A program made the translations under genes and the position numbers. Shown one piece after another: positions 17,187 to 27,805 of a stretch of 47,832 bases of DNA. Location: assembly GCA_036259395.1 (NCBI GenBank), contig DATABV010000015.1, positions 1-47,832 on the forward strand, in the 5' to 3' direction. Each line of letters starts with the position of its first letter. Position 1 is the first letter of the stretch. Source of the stretch: Thermoleophilaceae bacterium (GTDB taxonomy: Bacteria; Actinomycetota; Thermoleophilia; Solirubrobacterales; Thermoleophilaceae). The notes beneath the pieces are model-generated. The model had not been told where the DNA came from. It saw nothing but the letters and a program-made list of their open reading frames with translations, and did no database searches.

Positions 17187-18022
17187 GCGTCGCCGAGGCG
17201 GTGCAGACGCGCGGACCGTCGGCGCTCGGAGGCGACCTGCGGCGGGCGCTCAGCCTGACCTGGATGCTCGCCGTGACGGACTTCAAGCTGCGCTACTTCG
17301 GCTCGGTGCTCGGCTACCTCTGGACGCTAATGCGGCCGCTGATGCTGTTCGGCGTCCTCTACTTCGTCTTCACCAAGGTCTTCTCGATCGGCGAGACGGT
17401 CGAGCACTACCCGGTCTACCTGCTGACCTCGATCGTCCTCTTCACCTACTTCTCCGAGACGACAGCGGGCGGCGTGCAGTGCCTGATCGGGCGCGAGAAC
17501 CTGCTGCGCAAGATGCACTTCCCGCGGATCGCGATTCCGGTGTCGGTCTCGCTGAGCGCGCTCTTCAACCTCGCGCTGAACCTGATCGCGGTGCTGGTCT
17601 TCGCGCTCGCCTCAGGCGTCGAGCCGCGGCTCACCTGGCTCCAGTTCCCGCTCCTCCTGCTTGCGTTGACGCTGCTTGCGATCGGCTTCGCGATGCTGCT
17701 CTCCGTTCTCTACGTCCGCTTCCGCGACATCCAGCCGATCTGGGACGTCGTCCTGCAGATCACCTTCTACGCGTCGCCGGTCCTCTACGTGATCGGCATG
17801 CTGCCCGACAACATCCAGCGCGAGGCGCTGGTCGCGAACCCGATCGCCGTGATCCTCACCCAGATGCGCTACGCGGTGCTCGACTCGTCGGCGCCGACGG
17901 CCGCCGAGATGGCCGGCGTCGACGCGCGCCTGCTGATCCCGGCCGGCCTCGTCGTGGTCGTGTTCTGCCTCGGTCTGTGGCTCTTCACGCGCGAGGCACC
18001 GCGAATCGCGGAGAATCTCTGA
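17183..18022 (+). CDS. wzm: Polysaccharide ABC exporter permease Wzm (ABC-2 type)
   Basis: GTG 17183 lies inside the 495-aa track ORF and overlaps the wzt stop as GTGA. Motifs: LTWMLAVTDFKLRYFGSVLGYLWTLMRPLMLF, six hydrophobic helices, LYVRFRDIQPIWDVVLQITFYASPVLY. Confidence 0.9.
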   Translation: MSVAEAVQTRGPSALGGDLRRALSLTWMLAVTDFKLRYFGSVLGYLWTLMRPLMLFGVLYFVFTKVFSIGETVEHYPVYLLTSIVLFTYFSETTAGGVQCLIGRENLLRKMHFPRIAIPVSVSLSALFNLALNLIAVLVFALASGVEPRLTWLQFPLLLLALTLLAIGFAMLLSVLYVRFRDIQPIWDVVLQITFYASPVLYVIGMLPDNIQREALVANPIAVILTQMRYAVLDSSAPTAAEMAGVDARLLIPAGLVVVVFCLGLWLFTREAPRIAENL

Positions 18023-18023
18023 C

Positions 18024-19301
18024 GTGGCACGCACGACGCAGCGCGACGCGGCACAGGCGAACGGCCAGCCGAGCGACGACGAGCTCGCGGCGATCGAGCG
18101 CGAGCACGTCGAGGAGGTGGCGCGGGCGCATGCCGCGCTCGCCGAGGCTCAGGACCGCAGCTACTGGCTCGACCGCTGGGGGGTCGACCTCAACGAGTGG
18201 ATGCGCCGCCCCGGCGCCAGCGAGCTGCGCGCCGCCGTGCGGGCGCTGCGCGGTGTGCGGCGCGCGGCGATCAAGGCGCGCCGTCAGGGCAAGGCGAAGC
18301 TCGTCAAGGCGCGCCGGGAGATGGCCGCCGAGCGCGAGCAGGCCGTCCCGGCGGAGTCAGCGCCGAAGCTCTTCGAGCGTTCGCTGACGCCCAAGCGACT
18401 GGAGTCGGCGCCGGCCACGAAGCTCGTCTTCGACCGGCTCAGCGAGACGGACGTCGATGCGATCCGGTCGAGCTGCAACGTCAACGAGAACGCGATCGTC
18501 GACAGCGCCGACCCGATGAACCAGCTGCGGCTGCTGATCGGCTTCGGCGCGCACCATGGGATACCCGCGGTCGTCGAGCGAACCGGCCTCAGCGGCGACA
18601 TGCCGCCCGAGGACGTGCATGCGATGGCGCGCGGCAGCATGGCGATCGCCGGATCGCTCTACTACGCCGACCTGGTCGCCGACGGGCTCGAGACGGCCGG
18701 CATGACGCTCGAGGACGGCATGCGCTGCCTCGACTTCGGCTGCTCGTCGGGCCGGGTGGTTCGCGCGCTGGCGGCTGCCTACCCGGGCTGCGAGTGGCGC
18801 GGCTGCGACCCGATCGAGGGCGCGGTGACCTGGGCGAGCGAGAACCTGCCCGCGATCGACTTCGTCCACAGCCCGGAGCGACCGCCGCTGCCCTACGGCG
18901 ACGGCGAGCTCGACGCAGCGTTCGCGATCTCGATCTGGTCGCACTTCGACGAGCCCGACGCCGTCGCCTGGCTGGCGGAGATGCGCCGGCTGATCCGGCC
19001 GGGCGGGCGGCTGCTGCTGACAACCCACGGCTACCAGACGATCGCCCACGACGAGGGACACGGCCTACGCCAGACGTCCCAGCTGCAGGAAGTTCACGCC
19101 GCGCTCTACGACCGCGGCTTCTGGTTCAAGAACGAGTTCGGCGAGGGCGGCGACCACGGCGTCGACAACTCCGGCTGGGGAACCGCCTTCCTGACTCCGG
19201 AGTGGCTGCTCTGGGCGACCGTGCGGGACTGGCGCGTCGTCGGCTTCGCCCCCGGGCGCGTCGAGGACAACCAGGACCTGTACGTGCTCGAGCGGCGCTA
19301 G
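18024..19301 (+). CDS. SAM-dependent methyltransferase with a roughly 120-aa N-terminal helical extension
   Basis: The GTG start is 1 nt after the wzm stop. The N-terminus reads DDELAAIEREHVEEVARAHAALAEAQDRSYWLDRWGVDLNEWM...AIKARRQGKAKLVKARREMAAEREQ. The MT core has CLDFGCSSGR (motif I), DAAFAISIWSHF and IRPGGRLLLTTHG. Confidence 0.8.
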   Translation: MARTTQRDAAQANGQPSDDELAAIEREHVEEVARAHAALAEAQDRSYWLDRWGVDLNEWMRRPGASELRAAVRALRGVRRAAIKARRQGKAKLVKARREMAAEREQAVPAESAPKLFERSLTPKRLESAPATKLVFDRLSETDVDAIRSSCNVNENAIVDSADPMNQLRLLIGFGAHHGIPAVVERTGLSGDMPPEDVHAMARGSMAIAGSLYYADLVADGLETAGMTLEDGMRCLDFGCSSGRVVRALAAAYPGCEWRGCDPIEGAVTWASENLPAIDFVHSPERPPLPYGDGELDAAFAISIWSHFDEPDAVAWLAEMRRLIRPGGRLLLTTHGYQTIAHDEGHGLRQTSQLQEVHAALYDRGFWFKNEFGEGGDHGVDNSGWGTAFLTPEWLLWATVRDWRVVGFAPGRVEDNQDLYVLERR

Positions 19302-19315
19302 CGAGGCGCGCCCAG

Positions 19316-21481
19316 ATGTCGACGAGCGTCTCCGTGGTGATACCCGTCAAGGACGGGGCACGCCACCTCGAGCGGCTGCTCGCCGCCGTGCGCCGGCAGG
19401 GCGAGGGGGTCGAGCTGCTGGCGATCGACTCCGGCTCGCGCGATGGCTCCGTCGAGCTGGCGCGCGCGGGCGGCGCGACGGTGCACGAGATCGCCCCTGA
19501 GGAGTTCGGGCACGGTCGCACGCGCAACCTCGCCATGGAGCTCGCGACCGGCGACGTCGTCTGCTTCCTCACCCAGGACGCGGTGCCCGAGCCGGGATGG
19601 CTGGCGGCCCACCTCGCCGCATACGAGCTCGATCCCGAGGTCGGCGCGGTCTACGGTCCGCACCTGCCCTGGCCGGACACCAGTCCGATGATCGCGCGTG
19701 AGCTCGACGAGTTCTTCGCGTCGATGTCTCCCGACGGCAAGCCGACGCTGCAGCGCGCCGGCGACCTGGCGTTCCTGTCGAACGTCAACGCGTCCTACGC
19801 CCGCCGCTGCTGGGAGGAGATCCGCTTCGAGGACCTCGCCTACGCGGAGGACCAGGCCTTCGGGCGCGCGATGCTCGATGCCGGCTGGGTCAAGGTCTTC
19901 CACCCAGGTGCCGCGGTGCGGCACGCCCACGACTACGGGCCGCTCGAGTTCGCCCGCCGCTACTTCGACGAGTACCGCGGCCTGCGCGAGACCGCCGGAC
20001 ACGTCGAGCCGCTGAAGCCCGGCAGGGTGCTCGCGGACGTGCGCGGCGGCGTCGCGGCCGACCGCCGCTGGATGGCGGAGCGCGATTGGCCGCAGTCACG
20101 CCGCGCCGTCTGGACGGCACGCTCGCTGCTGCACCACGGCAGCCGCAAGGCGGCGGCGGCCGCAGCCACGCGTCCCGGCCGGCTGCCGGCAGGGGTCGAA
20201 CGCCGTTTGTCGCTGGAGGGCCGGGCCTCGGTCGCGCGGGCGAACCGGCGCGGCGACGGGCCCCCAGACCGCGCGACAGCCGACGCGCGCAGCCGCGCGC
20301 CTGTCGCCCCCGTGCCGGCGCGCTACGCCGACGTGCTGCGCTACGCGAAGGAGGGAGCCGTGCCACTCGCGCCGCGCAATTCGACCGCCCACGAGCGGGC
20401 GCGCCTGCATCTCGCCTTCGTCGTCCCGCCCTTTCGGCGCGGCAGCGGCGGGCACTCGACGATCTTCGGCCTGATCGCCCGGCTCGAGCGGATGGGCCAC
20501 ACGTGCACCGTGTGGATCGTCGATCCGGGCGGCAACGGCCACATCGACCGCCCAGCCGTGACCCGCCGCGACATCGTCGAGTGGTTCACGCCGATCTCGG
20601 CGCCCGTCTTCGCCGGCTTCGATGCCTGGCACGGGGCCGACGTCGCAGTCGCGACCGGCTGGGACACCGCACATCCGGTTGCGATGCTGCCCGGCTGCGG
20701 CGCCCGGGCGTATCTCGTCCAGGACCACGAGCCGGAGTTCTTCGCGACCTCCGCGGAGCGGATCTGGGCCGAGCAGACCTACGACCTCGGCCTCTATCCG
20801 ATCTGCGCGAGCCGCTGGCTGCGCGACCTGCTCGCTGAGCAGCACGGCTGCGAGGGTGCCTACTTCCACCTCGGCGTCGACCACGACGTCTACCGGCCGC
20901 AGGACCACGTCGAGCGGCGCCGCGACACGATCATCTTCTACGCGCGCGCGGCGACCGCCCGCCGCGCGGTTCCGCTCGGCCTGCTGGCGCTCGAGGAGCT
21001 GTGCGCACGCCGTCCCGACACGCGCGTGATCGCCTTCGGGCAGGAGCGGCCGCTGAAGACGTCGTTCCAGACCATCTCGCTCGGCGTCGCCGCCCCGGCG
21101 CGCCTGGCGGCCGCCTATGCCGAGGCCACCGCGGGACTCTGCCTCTCGCTGACCAACTACTCGCTGATCCCGCAGGAGATGCTGGCCTGCGGCTTGCCGT
21201 GCGTCGACCTCGCGGGGGGCAGCTCGCAAACCGTCTTCGGAGCCGACGGGCCCGTGGTGCTCGCCGACGCCGACCCGATCGCGCTGGCCGACGCGCTCGA
21301 GGCGCTGCTCGACGACGAGCGCCACTGGCGAGCCAAGTCGAGCGCCGGCATCGAGTTCGTTGCCGACGCCTCCTGGGACACAGCCGCGAAGCAGGTCGAG
21401 GCCGGGCTGCGCGAGGCGCTGCGACGAGCTGCAATGCCGGACGGCGCGGCGAGCGCTGGTCGACACTCGCAGGCGCGCTAG
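19316..21481 (+). CDS. Two-domain glycosyltransferase (N-terminal GT2 domain plus C-terminal GT-B, WsaF/GT4-like domain)
   Basis: ATG 19316 lies inside the 1094-aa track ORF. The N-domain reads VSVVIPVKDGARHLERLL...LLAIDSGSRDGS...CFLTQDAVP...EDQAFG. After a low-complexity linker, the C-domain reads LHLAFVVPPFRRGSGGHSTIFGLI...YLVQDHEPEFF...IIFYARAATARR...LSLTNYSLIPQEMLACGLPCV. Confidence 0.8.
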   Translation: MSTSVSVVIPVKDGARHLERLLAAVRRQGEGVELLAIDSGSRDGSVELARAGGATVHEIAPEEFGHGRTRNLAMELATGDVVCFLTQDAVPEPGWLAAHLAAYELDPEVGAVYGPHLPWPDTSPMIARELDEFFASMSPDGKPTLQRAGDLAFLSNVNASYARRCWEEIRFEDLAYAEDQAFGRAMLDAGWVKVFHPGAAVRHAHDYGPLEFARRYFDEYRGLRETAGHVEPLKPGRVLADVRGGVAADRRWMAERDWPQSRRAVWTARSLLHHGSRKAAAAAATRPGRLPAGVERRLSLEGRASVARANRRGDGPPDRATADARSRAPVAPVPARYADVLRYAKEGAVPLAPRNSTAHERARLHLAFVVPPFRRGSGGHSTIFGLIARLERMGHTCTVWIVDPGGNGHIDRPAVTRRDIVEWFTPISAPVFAGFDAWHGADVAVATGWDTAHPVAMLPGCGARAYLVQDHEPEFFATSAERIWAEQTYDLGLYPICASRWLRDLLAEQHGCEGAYFHLGVDHDVYRPQDHVERRRDTIIFYARAATARRAVPLGLLALEELCARRPDTRVIAFGQERPLKTSFQTISLGVAAPARLAAAYAEATAGLCLSLTNYSLIPQEMLACGLPCVDLAGGSSQTVFGADGPVVLADADPIALADALEALLDDERHWRAKSSAGIEFVADASWDTAAKQVEAGLREALRRAAMPDGAASAGRHSQAR

Positions 21482-23586
21482 CGGCGCCTCGCGACCTCGA
21501 CCCAGTCCACCGGACGGTCGCAGAGCCGTCGCCATCCGTCCGGTCCGATCTGGCGGGCCACCGGGACACCGGCGTCGGCGGGCGCGAACACGACCGCCCG
21601 CAGCACGGTCGGCGCGGCATCGCCAGGTTTCAGCGAGCCACCCGGCCGCTCGAGCGTGAGCATGTGAAGCCCCGCTGTCAGCCGGGCCCGCAGCGGTCGC
21701 GCGTAGTTGCCCTCGTTGCCGCTCTGGCCCGCGATGCTCCCGATCCGGCGCCCATCGATCGTCACGTCGAGCCGCCGCGCGAAGTCGCCCTTGAACCAGA
21801 CGTCGTAGACGCCGCTCGCCAGCACCGAGAACCGCTTGTGGGCGATCCCGGGCGTCGCGAGTCCGATCCCGTCGACGGTCTCGCCCCATCCCGCTGGGCG
21901 GCGGCGGATCGACTGGCCCTCGAAAGCCGAGACCAGGGGCCGAGGCGAGTACCAGAGCGATGCGTCGCTGGCACGCGCCCGGCGGCCGAGCGCCGCAAGC
22001 CGCTCGCAGGGCACGAAGCCCGCGGCCTGAAGGCCCTCCCCCGCCGGCACGTGCGCGGTCACCTCCAAGTCGCGAACGCGCCGCCATACGTCGTAGTAGT
22101 CACCCCGCTCGGCGAGGCGGAAATTCGCCGGGGGGCGGCTGGCGTCGGGACGGCGCCGCGCGACGATCGTCGCGTAGCCCTGGACCGCCTCGGGGTCGAG
22201 GGAATCGAGGTCATAGCTGTGCCCATAGCCCGTCACCGAGCCGTCGCGCAGCGTCGCGAGCGACACCGGCCTCGATGAGAACCCGGGACCCGCGGGCGCC
22301 ATGTCGGCGAGCGCGTAGAGAGCGAACTCGTCGAAGTCGGGGACAAGCGTCGGACCCTGCGCCGCGCGCTCCTCCCCGATCGAGAGCAGCTCCTCGAGGC
22401 GCTCGGTCGGAGCGAGGTTCGTCTCGTGGTAGGCGAGCGCATTCGACCACAGGACCCCGAGCACGAGCGGGACAGCGAGCGCGACGGCCTCTATGCGCCT
22501 TCCCGATCGTCGCAGGCTGTCCGCCCCCAGGGCGGCCAGCAGGACGACGATCGGAGAGGTGATCACGAGCAGCTTCGCGTCGGTCCAGGCCGTCCCGCGC
22601 AGGGTCAGGGCCACCCAGACGGTGGCCATGACGACGACGAAGCCGGCGAGCGCCCAGCTGCGCCGACGCACCAACGACGCGATTCCCAGCGCCGCAGCGG
22701 CGAACATGATGCCGATCAGCGCATAGGTCAGGGCGAAGTGCTGGGCGGGGTCCACACGGTGAGATCCGCCGATCCAGATCCCAGCCAGCTGTGCGCGCTG
22801 CAGCGGGCGAACGAGGTTGCCCGGATCGCTGACAGCGACGGCGTTGCTCGTCGACAGCGACTTCGCGAGCGTGAGCGAGTCCCCGAGAGCGCCGAAAGTC
22901 GGCAGTGCGAACACCACGAGCGCGACCGCGAAGGCCGCCAGCCAGACGCCGAGCGAGCGCAGATCGACCCGCCGCGACCGCGACCCGATGACGAGCAGCA
23001 GGCCGGCGACGAGCAGCGTCATGCCGAGCCACGGGAGGAATGCGAGGCCGATGGCGCCAACGCCGGCCGCGCCGACGAGGGCCGGCAGGACGGCGCCCCG
23101 CGGTCCGCGCTCGAGCCAGCGCGGCATCAGCAGGAGCACGGGACCGAGCAGCAGCACGAACGGGAGCACCGCCAGCTCCTTGATCGCTCCCATCTGCGCA
23201 TAGGCGTAGACGAGCGCCGGCGCGGAGGCGACGACCGCGGCCACCGCCGCCGCTGGGCGTCCCATCGACGCCGTGCGCGCAAGGTAGTAGAGCGGCGCCG
23301 CGCAGAAAGCCAGCAGCAGGGCCATGAGCGGCTGGTACAACCAGATCGCCGGGGTGCCGACGAGACGGCTCCCGCCGCCGAGCAGGGTCTGCCCGCCGCC
23401 GGGATAGCTAAGCCCGAAGTAGTTCTCCATCGTCGTGCGGAAGCTCGACTCGGGCAGCCGGGCGAAGTTGCGTGCGTGCTCGAGCAGGTAGTCCGAGCCG
23501 GCGAGGTGGAAGGCAACCGTGGTGTCGAGCAGGTAGCCCGCGAGCGTGACGTCGCCGTGCAGCAGGACCGGCGCGCAGACCATCAC
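21478..23586 (-). CDS. Large polytopic membrane protein with a roughly 330-aa C-terminal extracytoplasmic domain (family unknown; GT-C/polymerase candidate), possibly 5'-interrupted
   Basis: 702-aa ORF with about 10 TM helices, then a soluble domain (ERLEELLSIGEERAAQGPTLVPDFDEF...YDVWFKGDFARRLDVTIDGRRIG...). The same reading frame continues upstream through a single TGA (23626-23628) into the 85-aa ORF. Confidence 0.6.
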   Translation of the reverse strand: MMVCAPVLLHGDVTLAGYLLDTTVAFHLAGSDYLLEHARNFARLPESSFRTTMENYFGLSYPGGGQTLLGGGSRLVGTPAIWLYQPLMALLLAFCAAPLYYLARTASMGRPAAAVAAVVASAPALVYAYAQMGAIKELAVLPFVLLLGPVLLLMPRWLERGPRGAVLPALVGAAGVGAIGLAFLPWLGMTLLVAGLLLVIGSRSRRVDLRSLGVWLAAFAVALVVFALPTFGALGDSLTLAKSLSTSNAVAVSDPGNLVRPLQRAQLAGIWIGGSHRVDPAQHFALTYALIGIMFAAAALGIASLVRRRSWALAGFVVVMATVWVALTLRGTAWTDAKLLVITSPIVVLLAALGADSLRRSGRRIEAVALAVPLVLGVLWSNALAYHETNLAPTERLEELLSIGEERAAQGPTLVPDFDEFALYALADMAPAGPGFSSRPVSLATLRDGSVTGYGHSYDLDSLDPEAVQGYATIVARRRPDASRPPANFRLAERGDYYDVWRRVRDLEVTAHVPAGEGLQAAGFVPCERLAALGRRARASDASLWYSPRPLVSAFEGQSIRRRPAGWGETVDGIGLATPGIAHKRFSVLASGVYDVWFKGDFARRLDVTIDGRRIGSIAGQSGNEGNYARPLRARLTAGLHMLTLERPGGSLKPGDAAPTVLRAVVFAPADAGVPVARQIGPDGWRRLCDRPVDWVEVARRR

Positions 23587-23590
23587 GTAG

Positions 23591-24940
<1,350 letters not shown>

Positions 24941-24962
24941 GTTCGATCGAGAGGCCCGCGGC

Positions 24963-25799
24963 ATGAGCGTGGCAATGAAGCTCCGGGAGCTCCGCTGGCG
25001 GGCGGCAGGGCACTACAGCCAGTTCGGCCCGGAGTGGACATCGCCGCTCGCGGGCGCACGCGGGCTCGAGATCGGCGGTCCGAGCGCCGTGTTCCGCGGC
25101 GACGGCATGCTGCCCGTCTATCCACAGCTGGCCGAGCTCGACGGGGTCCAGGTTCCGCACGCTCACGCGCTCTGGCACGGCGAGCTTGAGGAGGGCGCCT
25201 ACGAGACCGGCGAGCCCGGGCTGAGCGGCCGCCTCTGGCTGCGCGACGGGACCGGGCTCGACCACCTGCCCTCCGAGAGCTATGACGCGATCCTCTCGTC
25301 GCACGTGCTCGAGCACATCGCGAACCCGCTGCGGGCGCTCGAGGAGTGGATCCGCGTGCTGCGCCCCGGAGGCGCGTTCCTGATCGTCGTGCCGCACAAG
25401 GAGGGCTGCGCCGATCATCGCCGTCCGACAACGACGCTCGAGCACATGATCGACGACCTGCGTGCGGGTACCGGCGAGGACGACATGACGCACGCCGACG
25501 AGGTGCTGCGGCTGCACGACATCGCACGCGACCCGCCCGCGCGCGATCCCGAGACGCTGCGTCAGCGCGTGCTCGACAACGCGCGCGTCCGAGCGGTGCA
25601 TCACCACGTCTTCACGCTGCCGTCGGCCCTGCGCGTCCTCGATCACGTCGGCCTGCGCCTGATACGCGCGACGGCGCGCTGGCCGCACGACATCTACGTC
25701 CTGGCCGAGCGACCGCGGCCCGGGGAGGCGGTCGACAACAGCGCACTGCTCGACCGCGGCGCGGTGGCGGGCAGCCCCTTCACGACCGACCGCGCCTAG
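24963..25799 (+). CDS. SAM-dependent methyltransferase (Methyltransf_11-like)
   Basis: 278 aa with a GAGAGG SD-like sequence 9 nt upstream. Motifs: GLEIGGPS (motif I-like), YDAILSSHVLEHIANPLRALEEWIRVLRPGGAFLIVVP. Confidence 0.75.
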   Translation: MSVAMKLRELRWRAAGHYSQFGPEWTSPLAGARGLEIGGPSAVFRGDGMLPVYPQLAELDGVQVPHAHALWHGELEEGAYETGEPGLSGRLWLRDGTGLDHLPSESYDAILSSHVLEHIANPLRALEEWIRVLRPGGAFLIVVPHKEGCADHRRPTTTLEHMIDDLRAGTGEDDMTHADEVLRLHDIARDPPARDPETLRQRVLDNARVRAVHHHVFTLPSALRVLDHVGLRLIRATARWPHDIYVLAERPRPGEAVDNSALLDRGAVAGSPFTTDRA

Positions 25800-26705
25800 G
25801 TGGGCCGGCCGACCGTGTCGCCGCTCGTAAGCGTCGCGATCCCGACCTTCAACCGGCGAGCGACGATCGCACGCGCTGTGCGGTCGGCGCTGGCGCAGAC
25901 CCACGCGAACCTCGAGGTCGTCGTCAGCGACGACGGGTCGACGGACGGCAGCGCCGAGGTCCTGCAGGAGCTCGCGGCCGGCGACGAGCGTCTGCGTGTC
26001 GTGCGCCACGCCGCCAACGCCGGCATGGTCGCGAACATGGAGCGCGCCCGGCGGCTCGCCAGAGGCGACTACGTGATGCTGCTCGCCGACGACGACTGGC
26101 TCGACCCGCGCTGTGTCGAGCTGGCGCTGGCGGCGCTGCTGCGGTCGCCCGACCACGTCGCAGCGCTGGGGGGCGTCGACTACGTCGGCAGCGTCGCCCA
26201 CCCGGTCCGAGCGGAACTGAGGCCGCTGACCGCCGCCCACCCGAGCCGGCGCGTGCGCGACTACTTCGCAGCCGTCGACGGCGACCACGGCAACACCTGG
26301 CTCTACGCCCTGATCCGCCGCGACGCCTTCGACGCGTTGTCGCCGCTGCGCAACGTGCTCGGCTTCGACTGGCTGCACGTGGCGGAGCTCGCGTTCCTCG
26401 GCAAGATCGCCCTCGTCGACGAGGTCCTGATCCACCGCGCGCTCGGCGGGACGAGCGAGACCACGGCGCGCAACGTCGCGGTAGCCGGGCTGCCGCGCGC
26501 GCTCGCGCGGATCCCGCACCTTGCCATCGGAGGCGAGGTGCTCGCGGACGTCGGCTGGCGATCGCCGGTCTACGCTCCGCTGGGGCGGCCGCGACGGCTG
26601 CTCCTGGCCGTTCTCTGCGCGGCCGGAGTGCCGCTGCGCAACCTGCGCCACGTCCTCTTCCATCTCGCTCCGCGCCGGCTGCAGCGACGCTGGCACGCGC
26701 GATGA
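25800..26705 (+). CDS. Family 2 glycosyltransferase
   Basis: The GTG start directly follows the upstream TAG. Motifs: VSVAIPTFNRRATIARAVRSALAQTHANLEVVVSDDGSTDGS...YVMLLADDDW. Confidence 0.85.
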   Translation: MGRPTVSPLVSVAIPTFNRRATIARAVRSALAQTHANLEVVVSDDGSTDGSAEVLQELAAGDERLRVVRHAANAGMVANMERARRLARGDYVMLLADDDWLDPRCVELALAALLRSPDHVAALGGVDYVGSVAHPVRAELRPLTAAHPSRRVRDYFAAVDGDHGNTWLYALIRRDAFDALSPLRNVLGFDWLHVAELAFLGKIALVDEVLIHRALGGTSETTARNVAVAGLPRALARIPHLAIGGEVLADVGWRSPVYAPLGRPRRLLLAVLCAAGVPLRNLRHVLFHLAPRRLQRRWHAR

Positions 26706-27805
26706 CGAGATCGGCGATCGGCATCGACGCCCGCGCCGCGACCGAGGAGGGTGCCGGCGGCGGGCGGTTCGTGCGCGAGCTGGTCCGCGCGCTCGCGAAG
26801 CGCGACGACGATCGGCGCTATGTCCTCTATGCGCGCCGGCGCTGGGAGGAGCCGCTCGACGAGCGGTTCCGCTGGCGCGAGGTCTCCGGGCGTGACCCGA
26901 TCTGGCACGTACGGACCGCACTGGCGGCGAACCGCGAGTGCGGCGCGTTCCTGTCGACGAACTCGTACCTGACGACGTGGTTCCTGCGCGTCCCGTCCGC
27001 CGCCGTCGTCTTCGACCTGGTCGCTTTCGATCCAGCGTTGCGCCCGCAGCGCCGCTCCGGTCTAATCGAGCGGCTCACGCTGCCGCTGGCGGCACGCCGG
27101 TCGGCGGCGCTGATAGCGATCTCGCAGGCCACCGCGGACGACCTCGTCGAACGGTTTCCCACCGCCGCCGGCAAGACGACCGTCGCACCGCTTGGCACCG
27201 CTCCGACGCTTGGAGACGAAGCGCGCGAACTGCCGCGCGGCGTGCCCGAAGGGGGCTTCATCCTGGCGGTCGGGACGCTCGAGCCGCGCAAGAACCTGCC
27301 GCGGCTCGTCGCGGCCTACGAGCGCCTTCCGCGGGCGCTCCAGGACGCCCACCCGCTGGTCGTCACGGGCCGCCTCGGCTGGGACGCCGGCGAGACGATG
27401 GCGTCGCTGCGCGCGCTCGGCGATCGGGCGGTCCTGACCGGCTTCGTGCCGGACGCCGAGCTCGGAGCGCTCTACCGGCACTGCAACCTGTTCGTCTACC
27501 CGTCGCTCGGCGAGGGCTTCGGCCTGCCCGTGCTGGAGGCGATGGCCGCCGGCGCGCCGGTCCTGACGTCGTCGCGGTCGAGCTTGCCGGAGGTCGGAGG
27601 AGATGCGGCGGCCTACTGCGACCCGACCGACACCGCCGCAATCGCGGCGGCGCTGGAGCAGTTGCTGCGCGACCCACCCCGGCGGGAGGAGCTCAGCACC
27701 GCCGGCCCGCGGCGGGCGGCGCAGTTCTCGTGGGACCGCACCGCGGACGTCACTGTCGAGGTCCTCGAGCGGATCAGCCGCGAAGCGCCCGCACGGCGCG
27801 CGTGA
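26702..27805 (+). CDS. Family 4 (GT-B) glycosyltransferase
   Basis: ATG 26702 lies inside the 819-aa track ORF and overlaps the upstream stop as ATGA. Motifs: GGFILAVGTLEPRKNL, FVYPSLGEGFGLPVLEAMAAGAPVLTS (EX7E region). Confidence 0.9.
   Translation: MTRSAIGIDARAATEEGAGGGRFVRELVRALAKRDDDRRYVLYARRRWEEPLDERFRWREVSGRDPIWHVRTALAANRECGAFLSTNSYLTTWFLRVPSAAVVFDLVAFDPALRPQRRSGLIERLTLPLAARRSAALIAISQATADDLVERFPTAAGKTTVAPLGTAPTLGDEARELPRGVPEGGFILAVGTLEPRKNLPRLVAAYERLPRALQDAHPLVVTGRLGWDAGETMASLRALGDRAVLTGFVPDAELGALYRHCNLFVYPSLGEGFGLPVLEAMAAGAPVLTSSRSSLPEVGGDAAAYCDPTDTAAIAAALEQLLRDPPRREELSTAGPRRAAQFSWDRTADVTVEVLERISREAPARRA

Noticed and set aside
18197-19315. N-terminal extensions of track ORFs. These include 18197-19315, 25346-26701, 31918-33867, 33844-34986, 41203-42096, 38439-39107, 16535-17182, 10132-11151, 11259-11486, 2356-2652, 2170-2385, 5955-6407, 23723-23950, 38266-38481, 35724-35900, 45099-45284 and 45240-45434.
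   Set aside because: The extended parts are low-complexity Arg/Pro/Ala sequence that overlaps the real upstream gene. Internal ATG/GTG/TTG starts restore canonical family N-termini (GT beta1 strands, the Rossmann GxGxxG motif). They often create ATGA/GTGA coupling or sit 6-10 nt after a TANNNT box.
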